A stretch of DNA of 64,000 nucleotides from Bugula neritina. Its lineage: Eukaryota; Animalia; Bryozoa. Position 1 is the first letter of the stretch, and every line of letters starts with the position of its first letter. This document shows positions 1 to 15,228 of this stretch, piece after piece. Position numbers and translations under genes: made by a program. Where the stretch lies: contig OZ037772.1 in NCBI GenBank assembly GCA_964035545.1, positions 3,377,538 to 3,441,537 on the forward strand. The letters are read 5' to 3'. The notes beneath the pieces were generated by a model. It did not search any database. It was not told where the DNA came from and saw nothing but the letters and a program-made list of their open reading frames with translations.

Positions 1-122
1 CTCTGTTAGTACAGTTACTCTGTTAGTATAATTACTCTGTCAGTATAGTTACTCTGTCAGTACAGTTACTCTGTTAGTATAGTTACTCTGTTAGTTTAAT
101 TACTCTGTTAGTATAGTTACAG
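1..122. repeat. 19-bp minisatellite (CTCTGTTAGTATAGTTACT), runs off the window start
   Basis: About 6 near-identical tandem copies read directly. Confidence 0.9.
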
Positions 123-364
123 TAGCAGTTTGCTAGTCATAATAACTTGCACTGTTAGTTGCTGGACAAGTTATTCTACATCTCTTGTAGCCACAACCAA
201 AGTGGTGTCTATATATCCTGCTAGTGACTTGAGTAATGACTCATATGTCTCCTACAGTACGAGTGGTCAGCTTTCGGCAGTGTTGGAAGAGAGTGGAGAC
301 AACTTGGATCAGAGGTATAGGTATTGCTTAGTATAAGTTATACCATTACCATATGTAAGCAGAG

Positions 365-415
365 TGACTGACTGGCTGACTGGCTGACTGGCTGGCTGAC
401 TGACTGACTGACTGG
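365..415. repeat. (CTGA/CTGG)n tetranucleotide microsatellite
   Basis: Run of gactg/gctg units. Confidence 0.85.
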
Positions 416-949
416 ACAGATAAACAGATAGGTAAATATCGATCAGATATATAGTGAAGCTACCAACTGAGACCCAGACTGTGTTTTGATACTGGTATAT
501 GATATCTTTCTACAATGTGTTTACAGTTTACTGTACAAAGTATAGTTCCATCAGATGGACTCACTCTACTCATGTGTAAGACTCATTAAGAATGTCTACC
601 CAATCAGATCTGTGTTAACGAGGTGTGCACACTGACGTGTAAAAGTGACTCTGAGTGTACAACCAACCAGGTTAGACACTGCATACATGTCTCTATCCTA
701 GCAGGTATTTCACAAACTATTCTGACACCCATACTTTTATTGTTCAATGTCTATGTATTCTCCACCATGTTTTTACTAGAAGTAAACTTTATTTTAGTAA
801 TGAGTTTAAAATAAATTATTGTTTCGCATTGTACAGTTTATTATTGCCTGAATCTTGTAATAAGAATATTGACAATATTAGAGCAGCTATGTGATTAGCT
901 TTACAATATCAGAGTAGGGATGCTATTGGCTACTCTGTTCTGTTCTGCC

Positions 950-3900
950 GGACTTCAGAAGGGAAGAGGGGAAACGGGATTGCCCTGTGCTGTAGGGGAT
1001 GCTGGAAAACCCGGATCTCAATGTCCAATGGGAGAGAGCCGGTCGACTGGGCTCTAGAGATTCCTCGGACCAGTCGGTGCTCCTGGTTATCCTGACCTGC
1101 AAGAACCGAGGTTGGTGAATAGTATCTTTGTGGGGCTCACTGCTTGTGTGGGAGTCGTCTCCTCTGAAATATTTGGAAATATCGCTTGAGTTCCTTGCCC
1201 TGTATTATCAGTTAGCCACGCCTAGGTGTTTCACAGTTCATTACAGGTTTGGGGTAATTGTAATTTGTAATTGTAATATGTTGTATTTAATTACATTTTT
1301 TCAAGTAATTGAATGTAATTTGTAATTGATGTATAAAAATGTAATTGTAATTGTAATTAATTACATATCTAATAATTGATTTTTACAATTACATCTCAAT
1401 TACTTCAAACTTTTAAATCTTAAAAAAATCATTCTTTTTTAACATACCAGTGCAGCGATGTGATTGGCTTAACAATATCAGTGCAGTGATGTGATTGGCT
1501 ACTCTGTTCTGTTCTGCAGGGCCATGCCTACTTGTATTATGTGTTAATCTTGTTTTGCAGTGAACAGAAAGGGATAATGGGTCCCAAAAGACATCCGGGA
1601 TCTTACAGAACTGATGGTGAGGAAGGGTTCACCCGATGTTGATGGCCTGCATGGTATATCCGGCAATCCTGGAGGTGCAGGAGAAAGGAGACCACCTTGT
1701 TTTGCAGGAGATACCGGAGTTCTTGGAGAACCAGGTGATGTTTATGCTCAATTGAGTTCAATCTGTCAACTTAAGTTGGGATCTTTTTCGTTTTCATTAT
1801 TTTATGTTTGTTATGTGGAAAAGGGGAAAACTCTGTCTCGGAGCATTTTTGTTTTTTCAGAGGGCTTTGGATTATTTGATTATGGTCTACACAGGGGTGT
1901 AGACAAACTAAACTACACAGGGGTGTAGACAGACTTAACTACATAGGGGTGTAAACAGACAAAACTTACTACGAACTTACAACTACCCTGCGTCATGACG
2001 TCTCTATTCTCTCCTATAATTTGACCTTTATTTAGCGAGCAGATTTCTAGTAGGCTATTCTATAGTGACCAGTCACACTGTTTATTATAGCAACATAGAA
2101 ATCAAGTTGAAAACTAGTTGCATCTGTTGTGATGCTATCAATGGGTGCTTACAGGTAGAGACGGAGTACCTGGACCTGTTCAGATCGGATATCAGGGTAA
2201 ACAAGGAGATCAAGGTCCTACAGGTGAGAATGAGGAGTTACTCACCCTTGCTTGTGTATTTCTGTTCTTTTTAGGTATTCTATAATATGCTGGGGTTTCC
2301 CTCACAGGCTAAGTAATCATATTGAATCCCAGCAGTGATGGTTACTTCAACTGACAGGATTACTATGCTGTATGATAGTTACTATGACTGGTTTCCATGG
2401 ATCATTTTTACCATACTGTTTACCACATGATGCATTGTCTGAGTAAAAACAAGGAAACAAAGAAATATACCAGAATTGTTGAGAAATTTTGTGTTCCAGA
2501 ATTAATAAATGACCACTTGTAATGCATACTGATGCTGCTTGGTTCATAGGACCTGTCGGACAAGCTGGAGAGCCCGGTCTGCATGGCAGAAATGGAAAGA
2601 CAGGAAAAACTGGACCAGCTGGTATGCCTGGTCCAACCGGCTCAAGGGGATTCACAAAAGAACCCGGATCTGATGGAAGGTATTTTTTGTGCTTTACTTC
2701 GCCCTATTAAGCTTCTTGGAACTTTTTATTTGATTTAGTTTTTATTAATTGTTGTCAATTTTTTCAGAGAGACAGTGTACCTGGAGTACCGAGTGCTGAT
2801 GGTAGACCTGGGGAGCAGGGTGATCAAGGACCTCCTGGCCCCATGAGTCCAGTGGGAATCCCCGGTAACCAGGGACCTGAAGGTGCTCAAGGAGACAAGG
2901 GTGATAAGGCAGGAACATTCTTTATTCAGTTTTCTATTTATTTCAGTTCTCTGGTTTTCCACTAGTCAATCCTTTAGTTGTTTATTTGTTTTAGTTTATT
3001 TATGTTAATACTAGAGTTGCTTCAGTGACACCACATCATGTAATATATTACATAACAGTGCAGTATAATACACCATAATATAATATGTTATACAATACAA
3101 TAATATTACAGAAAATATAATTCACTAATATCTCACAGCTAAGGCGTGTCTTCTAAATATATTCATTACTATAGGGGCCAGCTGGGCCACAGGGTGCTTC
3201 TGGACCAACTGGATTGTCTGGGCCAACTGGTCCTCAGGGACCCCATGGAGCTTCCGGGAATTCCCGGCGAACAAGGACCTAAAGGTATGAACTAAGTTGA
3301 ACCTATCTTTGTCCTTAGTTATTGGCCATCAACAGAATCATGGCTCTAAGAGTTTTCCTACCTGGTAAGGAGAGAAGGCAACTCCTAACTCATGATAATA
3401 TGAATGGTGCTGCTGTTGTAAGACCTACTGGTTTCCAGGGACCTCAGGGATTTCCCAGACCTCCCGGTATTTATGATGCAAGGGGAGATGTCGGATCACT
3501 TGGTATTGCTGAACCACCCGGGCTACTGGGTGCTGACGCCAAACAATGATGGCAAACAAGGAATAACTGGTTCTCCTGGTGCTATAGGTCCACCTGGACC
3601 TTATGGTGCTAAGGTAAACACTTAAACTCACACTCACACACGCATGCACTTACACTGTTAGCAGGTATTGTTATTCATCTTGTTAGTTTAGTTGTAATAA
3701 ACCAATAGTCTGTATTTCTAGGGTGAACAAGGGAGAGATGGGGAAATGGATAGTCCTGGCAGTCCTGGACCTCCTGGTAAAGCCCAGTATTTGGTTAGTT
3801 ATTAGTAAAACTGAATCATTGTTCATTACTTGTATCTTTTTTATTTCCTTTCAACTGTGTATTGGTAATATTTTGGGAATTTCATTCATAGCCTGTGATT

Positions 3901-5851
3901 GAAGCTTTTATTTGATTCTACCATGGGTTATGTTAGGTGCGCCCCCTATGATGATGAGTGCAATGATGTCCAACGGTAAAGGTGTACAAGCAGATGATGC
4001 AGGCGCCAACAATGAGCTCTATAATATGTACCTCAGTGAGTAATGGTCATGATGTGCTTTGATGTTGCCTGCTTTTTAGCGGGAAAGATCTTTTAAATAG
4101 TGTTTTGGAACTCAAATGACGGACCTGTTTCAAATTGTTTTTTTATGTTTAATTTACAGACAAACAATTTTATAATTTACTGTTAGAAACTATTGTAATA
4201 AAAATATAGACAGCTGTTATAATGTATTTCTCCTCCTAGCATTGATGATTGACATTCTTGTTTGATGAGTCACCTATTTAGTTCGTTTCTCCAGTTAAAT
4301 GTTTCTACATTCTGACATGTTATATAATGTTGGTTTTATTGCTGTTAGCTTGCATAACTACTTCCACCTTATTTCTCTAGAAACAAAAGTAAGGGATGGG
4401 TCCAAAGACAGCCCAGTTAGAGACTGTAGAGAACTCTTCACTGAAAACCCAGAGTTCAAGAGTGGAACTTAATGGGTGAGAGAAGATGCTGATATGTTTC
4501 TATTTTCTCTGCTCAGAGGAAATCTGCATCTAAGTCTAATGACTGAAATTTTGTGAACATGTTTGACATTCTACAATTACTACTCCTAAGATGTCAATAT
4601 AATGTCATGTGAAGTTTCTACAGATATTTAATGAATTGTTGTTTAGGAAAAAGAGTTTTCCCATGAGTTGCCTGTATTAAATAATTCTGTATATTCTACC
4701 GCTGAACCGGTTTTAGTAGTTTTATTTGATATTGGCATTGTGTTAGTGTGAAATAGAGAAGTTGTATTCTCTATTGTTTGTTGTCAGGTGGATCCAGATG
4801 GTGGCTCCATAGCTAATGCTATCCAGGCTTACTGTCGCAAGGAAAGGAAGAGCACTTGCATCATTTTAAAGACCTCCGAGTTTGCCATCAAGTCGTACGT
4901 CACCCAGCAGCTAGATAATCAGCCATTCGTTGCTAAACACATGGGAACAGCACTCGTGAGTGTTTATCTTGTATCAACCATGACTGTCTTAGTAATAGTC
5001 AAGAATATTCAAAAGTTTTATGTTGAGAATTGTCGCTATAGTAACATATTGGTTTACTGTATGGATGTTGCTAGTCACCAGATACTAGTCCTCTACTATG
5101 TTGCTAGTCACTTGATAATCTGAACAATCACTGGCTTCTTCTTAAGCTGAGCGAGTTGTTGGTATGATTGTTCCTTTTGCTGATTGTAGATGTATAAACT
5201 CAGTGGCAGTAGAGGACGCATGTGGCGTAAGAATAAGTCAGTCATTTTATATACAGCTGGTGAAAAAGAATACACAGTAACAGTCAGCAGGTTCCAATAT
5301 TCAGTGCTGCAGGTTGATTGCAAGGTATGTAAATCTGACCTGTATAGTGTAAATCTGACCTATATACTGTTAATCTGACCTATATAATGTAAATCTGACC
5401 TATATAATGTAAATCTGACCTATATAGTGTAAACCTGACCTATAAAGTGTAAATCTGACCTATATAGTGTAAACCTGACCTATATAGTGTAAATCTGACC
5501 TATAAAGTGTAAATATAACTTATATAGTGTAAATTCGACCTGCATATGAACGTGATTGCGATAGTTGCATCTTTTTTTCTATTAAGATACAATATAGCTT
5601 GCCTTTGAGGCTTTTTAACAACTACTTATGAGTTCAACCCAAAAGCCACTTTGATTTCTGTGCAAGTTTAGAATTCTGAGTTTGCCCTCTGCCAGTTTGT
5701 AGTATTCCAAATACTATCAGAAGCTCAGACAGTGATTGAGATTGACACCAAGACCACCACCCACTTGCCTATTATTGACATAGCTCCTGGTGACATCGGG
5801 ACCACCCACAAAGAGTTTGGGGTTCAGCTTGGAGAAGTCTGCTTTTCATAG
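950..5851 (+). pseudogene. Fibrillar collagen alpha-chain pseudogene (Gly-X-Y exons plus COLFI C-propeptide)
   Basis: Many short AG/GT-bounded Gly-X-Y segments (e.g. GPVGQAGEPGLHGRNGKTGKTGPAGMPGPTGSRG at ~2550-2650). Telopeptide KGVQADDA at ~3980. COLFI motifs GSKDSPVRDCREL..PEFKSG (~4400-4470), VDPDGGSIANAIQAYC (4788-), RFQYSVLQVDCK (~5290-5324) and last exon [36 protein letters not shown] ending 5851. Several segments carry stops or frameshifts. Confidence 0.85.
5328..5545. repeat. 20-bp intronic minisatellite (TATATAGTGTAAATCTGACC), ~10 copies
   Basis: Read directly; about 5 copies in the duplicate at ~24395-24490. Confidence 0.85.
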
Positions 5852-6569
5852 ACTCATATCTAACAACAGCTTTATTTGTCTGATTTGTAAGACTGTTCCT
5901 GATTAGATAATTAGTGGCCAATCAGAGAATGCAATCAATGTTTGGTTGGCTGAGACCAGCAGTCTGATTTTTATATAACCTAATTTTTAACTGAAATATT
6001 TGATTACTCTAAATAAATTTATCCGAGACTTCCAAGGCAGTGATGGTGATTTTTGTACATATAAATTTGAAGAAGTTTAGCTATAGAGTTTATGCTGTTT
6101 TGTAATTATTCCACCATAACCTGAGATTGTGAGTAGTGATTCTAGAATGAGGTAGGGAGGGTGTTATGCCTCTCCCTATGACTTTATGTATTTAGAAACT
6201 GTTGTTAATTTAGTAATTCTGTTGGTGGTACATTTTTAAATTCATTTAATCCAATCATTTCTCTAATATTGCAAAATATAATTTACCATACAGCACTACA
6301 CAACTTATTTCTCAGCTTGTAAATTTCATCATCAAAATTATTATAGTACTAAAGTTGGTCACAGATTTCTGATAAGCTGCAGCTTTCAAATCTGATTATT
6401 TAACCTATTCATCCTGAAATTAGACATTGTTAGTTTAAAATGGAATTTTACATATATTTTAGTTACTTAGTTCCAACTGTGTTGACCATATCAACATTTT
6501 AAATTTTATTTTGGCTGCTATGAAGTATATAAGCAAATGGCATTAAGTTATTAATATATAATAAGGTTT

Positions 6570-6975
6570 GCAAAGACTTAATATACCAAGCAACTGTGAC
6601 AAGACATGACATTAACTCCATTCAATCATACATAGGACTTTGTTCAACTACCTTCAAAGCCAGACTCAGCAACCATAAAGCCTCTTTCCTACATGCAGAT
6701 AAAACCAACAACACACAACTCAGCAGATACAGACGGGATTTAGAACAAAAACAACACGGAATTCAGCCTAAAATGGGTCATTTTAAAATTTTGTAAATCA
6801 TACTCAAACCTAATCAACAGATGTAACTTATATAGCTATGAAAAATATGTAATTTTTAAACAACCGGAGTTATCCACTCTCAACAAACGCAAAGAGCGAA
6901 TTGTGAGAATTCCATGCTAGTGACCTGCCACACACAGTGCGTGTGTTGCGAGTGCAAAATATTATTAGCAAATGA
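6570..6975 (+). mobile_element. Penelope-like retroelement remnant (GIY-YIG endonuclease C-terminus)
   Basis: LIYQATV...SYIGLCSTTFKARLSNHKASF...TQLSRY, then after a frameshift FSLKWVIL...RCNL..YEKYVIF..LSTLNKRKE. This matches the GIY-YIG signature of Penelope-like elements. Confidence 0.75.
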
Positions 6976-7105
6976 TGTTAGCGTTAAACTTTACTGCTCG
7001 CCTACAGGCGTTTGTTTTTAAACAGCGTCACCGGGCAAAGTAATTTGGATATTATAAAAGCAGAAATGCAAAATATATAAAACTGTTTTAATTCAGCTCA
7101 GTATT

Positions 7106-10100
7106 TTATGTCATACAGTATATTATGTTATACAGTATATTATGTTATGCAGTATACTATGTTATACAGTATACTATGTTATACAGTATAATATGTTATA
7201 CAGTATACTATGTTATACAGTATATTATGTTATACAGCATATTATGTTATACAGTATATTATGCTATACAGTATACTATGTTATACAGTATATTATGTTA
7301 TACAGTATACTATGTTATACAGTATAGTATGTTATACAGTATATTATGTTATACAGTATACTATGTTATACAGTATAGTATGTTATACAGTATAGTATGT
7401 TATACAGTATATTATGTTATACAGTATATTATGTTATACAGTATATTATGTTATACAGTATACTATGTTATATAGTATATTATGTTATACACTATATTAT
7501 GTTATACAGTATATTATGTTATACACTATATTATGTTATACAGTATACTATGTTATACAGTATACTATGTTATACAGAATATTATGTTATACAGAATATT
7601 ATGTTATACAGTATATTATGCTATACAGTATACTATGTTATACAGTATATTATGTTATACAGTATACTATGTTATACAGTATAGTATGTTATACAGTATA
7701 GTATGTTATACAGTATATTATGTTATACAGTATATTATGTTATACAGTATATTATGTTATACAGTATACTATGTTATACAGTATACTATGTTATACAGTA
7801 TACTATGTTATACAGTATACTATGTTATATAGTATATTATGTTATACACTATATTATGTTATACAGTATACTATGTTATACAGTATACTATGTTATACAG
7901 TATACTATGTTATACAGTATACTATTTTATACAGTATATTATGTTATACAGTATACTATGTTATACAGTATACTATGTTATACAGTATACTATGTTATAC
8001 AGTATACTATGTTATATAGTATATTATGTTATACAGTATATTATGTTATACAGTATACTATGTTATACAGTATATTATGTCATACAGTATACTATGTTAT
8101 ACAGTATATTATGTTATACAGTATACTATGTTATACAGTATACTATGTTACACAGTATATACTATGTTATACAGTATATACTATGTTATACAGTATACTA
8201 TGTCATACAGTATATACTATGTTATACAGTATATTATGTTATACAGTATACTATGTTATACAGTATACTATGTTACACAGTATATACTATGTTATACAGT
8301 ATATACTATGTTATACAGTATATTATGTCATACAGTATACTATGTTATACAGTATATTATGTTATACAGTATACTATGTTATACAGTATACTATGTTATA
8401 CAGTATACTATGTTATACAGTATATTATGTTATACAGTATACTATGTTATACAGTATACTATGTTATACAGTATACTATGTTATACAGTATACTATGTTA
8501 CACAGTATATACTATGTTATACAGTATATTATGTTATACAGCATACTATGTTATACAGTATACTATGTTATACAGTATATTATGTTACACGGTATATTAT
8601 GTTATACAGTATATTATGTTATACAGTATATTATGTTATACAGTATATTATGTTATACAGTATATTATGTTATACAGTATACTATGTTACACAGTATATT
8701 ATGTTATACAGTATATTATGTTATACAGTATACTATGTTATACAGTATACTATGTTATACAGTATATTATGTTATACAGTATATATTATGTTATACAGTA
8801 TACTATGTCATACAGTATATTATGTCATACAGTATACTATGCTATACAGTATATTATGTTATACAGTATATTATGTTATACAGTATACTATGTTATACAG
8901 TATACTATGTTATATAGTATATTATGTTATACACTATATTATGTTATACAGTATACTATGTTATACAGTATACTATGTTATACAGTATACTATGTTATAC
9001 AGTATACTATGTTATATAGTATATTATGTTATACAGTATATACTATGTTATACAGTATACTATGTTATACAGTATACTATGTTATACAGTATATTATGTT
9101 ATACAGTATACTATGTTATACAGTATACTATGTTACACAGTATATACTATGTTATACAGTATACTATGTTATACAGTATATTATGTCATACAGTATACTA
9201 TGTTATACAGTATATTATGTTATACAGTATACTATGTTATACAGTATACTATGTTATACAGTATATTATGTTATACAGTATACTATGTTATACAGTATAC
9301 TATGTTATACAGTATACTATGTTACACAGTATATACTATGTTATACAGTATATTATGTTATACAGCATACTATGTTATACAGTATACTATGTTATACAGT
9401 ATATTATGTTACACGGTATATTATGTTATACAGTATATTATGTTATACTGTATACTATGTTATACAGTATATTATGTTATACAGTATATTATGTTATACG
9501 ACATATTATGTTATACAGTATATTATGTTATACAGTATATTATGTTATACAGTATACTATGTTACACAGTATATTATGTTATACAGTATATTATGTTATA
9601 CAGTATATTATGTTATACAACATATTATGTTACACAGTGTATTATGTTATACAGTATATATTATGTTATACAGTATACTATGTCATACAGTATATTATGT
9701 CATACAGTATACTATGCTATACAGTATATTATGTTATACAGTATATTATGTTATACAGTATACTATGTTATACAGTATATTATGTTATACATTATATTAT
9801 GTCATGCAGTATACTATGTTATACAGTATATTATGTTATACAGTATATTATGTTATACAGTATATTATGTTATACAGTATACTATGTTATACAGTATATT
9901 ATGTTATACAGTATATTATGTTATACAGTATATTCTGTTATACAGTATATTATGTCATACAGTATACTATGTTATACAGTATACTATGTTATACAGTATA
10001 TTATGTTATACAGTATATTATGTTATACATTATATTATGTTATACAGTATACTATGTTATACAGTATACTATGTTATACAGTATATTATGTTATACAGTA

Positions 10101-10545
10101 TACTATGTTATACAGTATATTATGTTCTACAGTATAATATGTTTTACAGTATATTATGGTATACAGTATCTTATGTTATACAGTATATTATGTTATACAG
10201 TATACTATGTTATACAGTATACTATGTTATACAGTATATTATGTTATACAGTATATATTATGTTATACAGTATACTATGTTATACAGTATACTATGTTAT
10301 ACAGTATACTATGTTATACAGTATATTATGTTATACAGTATATTATTATGTTATGCAGTATATTATGTTCTACAGTATAATATGTTTTACAGTATTTTAT
10401 GGTATACAGTATCTTATGCTATACAGTATAATATGTTATACAGTATACTATGTTATACAGTATATTATGTTATACAGTATACTATGTCATACAGTATATT
10501 ATGTCATACAGTATATTATGACATACAGTATATAATGTTATACAT
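7106..10545. repeat. 17-bp satellite (TATGTTATACAGTATA[C/T]), ~200 copies with 19-bp variants
   Basis: Uninterrupted ~3.4-kb tandem array; it produces the spurious MLYSILCYTVYYVIQY ORFs. Confidence 0.98.
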
Positions 10546-11407
10546 AGACTGGAGTATGATTTATTAATCCAATCAGATGCAAGTATGAACTGCGTGTTCC
10601 TGTAAAGTACAGCCAATCATAATCCTGTGCCAACTTTAGCTTTTCACAGTTAGTGAACTGCAAAAAAACCAACTCATTCACCACCATGTCAGTCAAATAA
10701 TATAATATAAAGTATATTATGTAGCAACAGCTGGGCTGAGGTGAAACTCTACCAGTCTATATTCTTACACGCAGACATGCATATTTAATTAATTTAACAT
10801 TTTAAAAATGAACTTAAAACTCAAGAATTTAAAATATGAAACAAAATAATGTGTCCTATAAAAATAGCACAGCTTCTTAGAAGCAAGTATTTTACACTTG
10901 AACATGCAGAATTTGTACAGCTTATAATGATGACATTGTTGAATTGATACACACCTCTGAATGGATGTGTTTTACATAATTAAACAATTGTTCATCACTT
11001 TTATTATTAGTCTAAGGTTGACAATAATTTACACTGTTATAGTTATTGGTTGTAAACTGATTAGTTCATCATTAAGTACTTGTTTGCTGCTGCCTGGTTT
11101 ATAACTGCTTATCACAATTTTAATGACAAGGAAATTATCTTCTCCTGTTGTCTCCAGGTGTTACTGTATTTGACAGGTTTCCCTGTTAATAAAGTAATCT
11201 TATACTGATACTGATGACATCCACAAATACTTGTGTAGGGGAACAATTGACCCTTCTCTACAACAGGAAAAGAATTGGTAAGACACGTACCAATAATATT
11301 ACATAGCTTATTTTATCAATTTACTTATCCTTAATTTTATTGATTAAAAGTTACTTGCATGTAGGCTATTTTATAAATTGTTCCTATAAGACTAATTTGG
11401 GTGTACC

Positions 11408-13130
11408 TATACAATACTAGGATTACATACGACTGTGGGATTATGCGGAGTACACATTAAATCATAGACAGTGTCAATAGTAGTTACTGTAGACTTTGCT
11501 CTTGGTGAGTTTGTTGGAAGAATTTACAGTACAGTTCTTCGTGATGGAAAATTTTAATCTGCAGAGCAACTCTAGTTGAAAAACTGTTATCTAAAGTTTG
11601 TTACTTAAAGTACTATACAAATATTATTATTAGCTTGACATTTGTTATCATTAAGGGGTGTTTAATATAAATATAATACTTGAGATAAACATTCTCATGT
11701 GATATAATGTAGCTTGAAGTTATATCACATGACTTGACTATCTCTACTAGAGTTAAGGTGGGTCACCTGACAGCCCACACATATCCATACACTACATCAC
11801 ATACTGTAGGAACGCAGGGCTAATGTAATAAGTATGGAATAGTTGAACCAGCAGTTAGATACTTTGTTATAGAGACTCTAACTTTCTAGTAGTAGAAATA
11901 AAAGCAAGAGTGTCCAACCTTTTCAGAGCGAGGGCCACTACATGAAAGCAATTAATACTTCATGACGAAGACCACATTGGACACGTTAGCTTGCTCTGAT
12001 GGCCACAGCATCAGTATTTTTAAATTTACTTTAACCCAAATTCCTATAAATCACTACACAATAAAGTCCCAATAGTTACTGCAGGCAGTATGTTTTATAG
12101 CATGTGTATAAATAGGAAATTAAAAAGATAGCTTCTCACTCTAATCCATGTATACATGTGAAAAACAACTTCAGGTTTTTGCCTTTGAGGGCCACATAAA
12201 TGTAGGCTGGAGGCCACATTCGGCCTGGGCCGCCTGTTGAAAAGCCATGTTTTAAACAGTTGGTATATTAGTATGCCAGTGACCTAAAATGTAATGGTCA
12301 CTCTAGTGTTACTTTACACTTAACACAATTCAAATATTGTATATAATAATCTACTATACTCCATTAGTATAGTATAGTATTTGTAACCACCTGCAGGATG
12401 GTCACATGACCACTGCTACTTCTCAGACAGTTTACTAAATGACAGAATGAGAAGACTGATGGCTGATCAGATGTATAATAACATAGTTTATCAGTTCACT
12501 TGAAGTCCTAAATTATTTTTGTTGAAAGTTAGTTGCTTGCATTTTAAAACTTGTTATTAAAACTATTATAACTATACAATACAAGGTTTATATGACTGTG
12601 GTATACTGCTGAGTACACATTAAATCATAGGCGGTGTCAAAAGTAGTTACTGTAAACTTTGCTCTTGGTGAGTTTGTTGAAAGAATTTACAGTCCAGTTC
12701 TTCGTGGTGGAAAATTTTTATCTACAGATCAACTCTAACTGAAAAACTGTTATCTAAAGTTTGTTACTTCAAGTACTATACAAATATTATTAGTAACTTG
12801 ACATTTCTTATCATTAAAGGGTGTTTAGTATAAATATAATACTTGAGATAAACATTCTCATGTGATATAATGTAGCCTGATGATATCATATGATTTGGCT
12901 ATCTTTACTAGAGTTAGGGTGGGTCACCTGACAGCCCACACATATAACTACACTATACGTCACATGCTGTAGAAACACTGGCAAAGCTGAGGCTAGGCTG
13001 ACTAATAAGTATGGAATAGTTGACCCAGCAGTTAGATACTTTGGTATAGAGACTGTAACTTTATAGTATTAGAATATAAATATTACTCTAAAGATTTGGT
13101 ATATCAGAGAGCCAGTCACTTAACACCAAT
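11408..13130. repeat. Local direct duplication (~11408-11900 and ~12573-13077, homology continuing briefly beyond)
   Basis: Shared blocks such as gagtacacattaaatcatag, ctttgctcttggtgagtttgttg and gggtcacctgacagcccacacatat in both copies. Confidence 0.85.
11905..12249. mobile_element. Degenerate hAT-type non-autonomous DNA transposon (MITE)
   Basis: Starts caagagtgtccaacc...gagggccac and ends gggccgcctgttgaaaagccatg, like hAT CAGGGGTGTCCAAC termini. Absent from the duplicated copy. Confidence 0.55.
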
Positions 13131-15228
13131 TATAAACTTGGTTGTCTCAATCAGAGCTGGTCTCTGTGTATTTCAGTGTGTTTTAAAGGTTCTCTGAAGC
13201 TTCCCCAGTCATTATACGAGAGCAGTGCCTTTAAATATATACAATAGTTTTAATACAATACAAAGACAATTATTGTTAACACATGTCAAGTAATAGAACA
13301 GGAATATAAGGCCTCTCTGGTAGTTATTTGAATATCTACTTAAGAAGTATAACTAAATATACAATAATAACTACATATCTAGAAACATGCAGAATATTAT
13401 ACTTGAAGAAATCTCTTGTAACAAGCTAGTGTCACATAACTGGAAGATAGAGAAACTATATTTCTCAATTCAGAACACAATCTGCAATCAGCATTCAGCG
13501 CTGAAATTAAGCAAAAGCAATGACAGTTGTTATAATTATGAATATAATAATATCATGATGTAAATAATGTAAATAATAATATTATTATACTTATATAACA
13601 AATGTCATTGTAGTTCCCTAAGCCAAGCATAACTGGTTAATGTATGTCACGTGACTCAACAGATACACGCCCCTTCTGCTGTAACATTATAACGTCATTG
13701 AACACAGTCATTCACACGCTGACGGAAGAGGGCTACACACTGATAACTGGCAGGTTAGTATAACATTTATAGACTTAGTGTATCCATAGTCGGCAATCAG
13801 TATAAGTATTACATTGTTATAACTATTAGTATTATTATTAGATTTAGTGTTGCAAACAGTTTTAATACCACGCTCGCTACCATCATCATTAAATTTATTA
13901 ATAATGATAATCTTAACAAGTTATACTTATACTTATACTTATAGTTAATAGTTATACTTATAGTAGGTTTATTATAACCAGTGACTGTGAGTCAATTATT
14001 TTTACTTTGTGAATTTATGATTGTAAAATTATCATACTTATAATATTTATTGCGAATTTTTAAATTCATGTTACACTTACTCAATTTGAATATCAGAATA
14101 TCTTACCACTGGCACTAGTCAGTTATTAATGACCGTGCATAGTGATCACTGCATGTGATACATTGTCACACCCTGCACATTCCAATGCACTGCCCTTCTG
14201 TATTCATTGTGAATAGCATATTTATTTGGTTGGCTTATATTATTTTATTCATGCAGCTATGATTTTACAAACAAACTGCAGTATACTGCTCCGATTTATA
14301 TAGCAACACTTGCTGCTATCTTTACCTCTCAATTTCTGTCATTTAAAAACTGAAGTATTTACATAGCAGGTGGTGAAATTAATTGGTAATTGAGTATTCT
14401 ATAAACTACTGAGAATATATGGTTAGCCACATTTTTATGATCTACCATTGTTGTAGACATAAAATATGAGGTTAGTGTTAGTAAATCATTTGCTAGGTAA
14501 GAGTGTAGAATAAATAATTTGCTAGAGATGAGTGTAGAAGCTGCCAACTCATGAAACAACTACACCTGACCTAACAGAAGTACAAACATGTTAAATTAGT
14601 GTGTTTCACACCTCCATAGTTTCTATTAGATGATCAGAATAGCAAACTAGCAGTTAATGGCATGTTTCCTGACTTATGGAAGGGTGACTCTAAGTAACAT
14701 ATTGAATCATGCATCACCAACACTGCAGAAATGTTAAAATGAGTTATGTCATGTAGATTATCAAGGAAACAAAGAATTTCCAACACCCAGCACAAAATAT
14801 TTCATAGAACTATGTTTTCTCACACTGCTATGTTCCCCCTGTTAAGTTTCTCACTCATGCTATACACTCCTTGCTATGTAATAGTTCAAAGTACACCCTG
14901 GGAAGGAACAAAGTCTATCCTATGCTCAGGTGTAGACTCTGTCCCAGTAGTGTGTCAAAATACTCAGTTAGAAACACATTATTATTGGGAGTTCATGAAA
15001 TATCCAGCTTATATAAGCAGCTGAGTCGAATTCTGCTGTTTGTTCATAAAAGTAATACATAACTCACTGGTATTCATGTTTCACTTCTCCTCTACATTTT
15101 GATGGTCTGGTTATGACTTAGAACTTAATAGGCCAGTCTTTGGTTGGGAAACCTTCACAGATGTAGTGTAAAATATTATGCTAAGAGTATGTGCATCTTT
15201 TACAGGATTTCCTTATCATATAACCAAG

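Noticed and set aside
7125-10567. Long ORFs of up to 898 aa (MLYSILCYTVYYVIQY repeats)
   Set aside because: Artefact of a stop-free 17-bp satellite read in all three frames.
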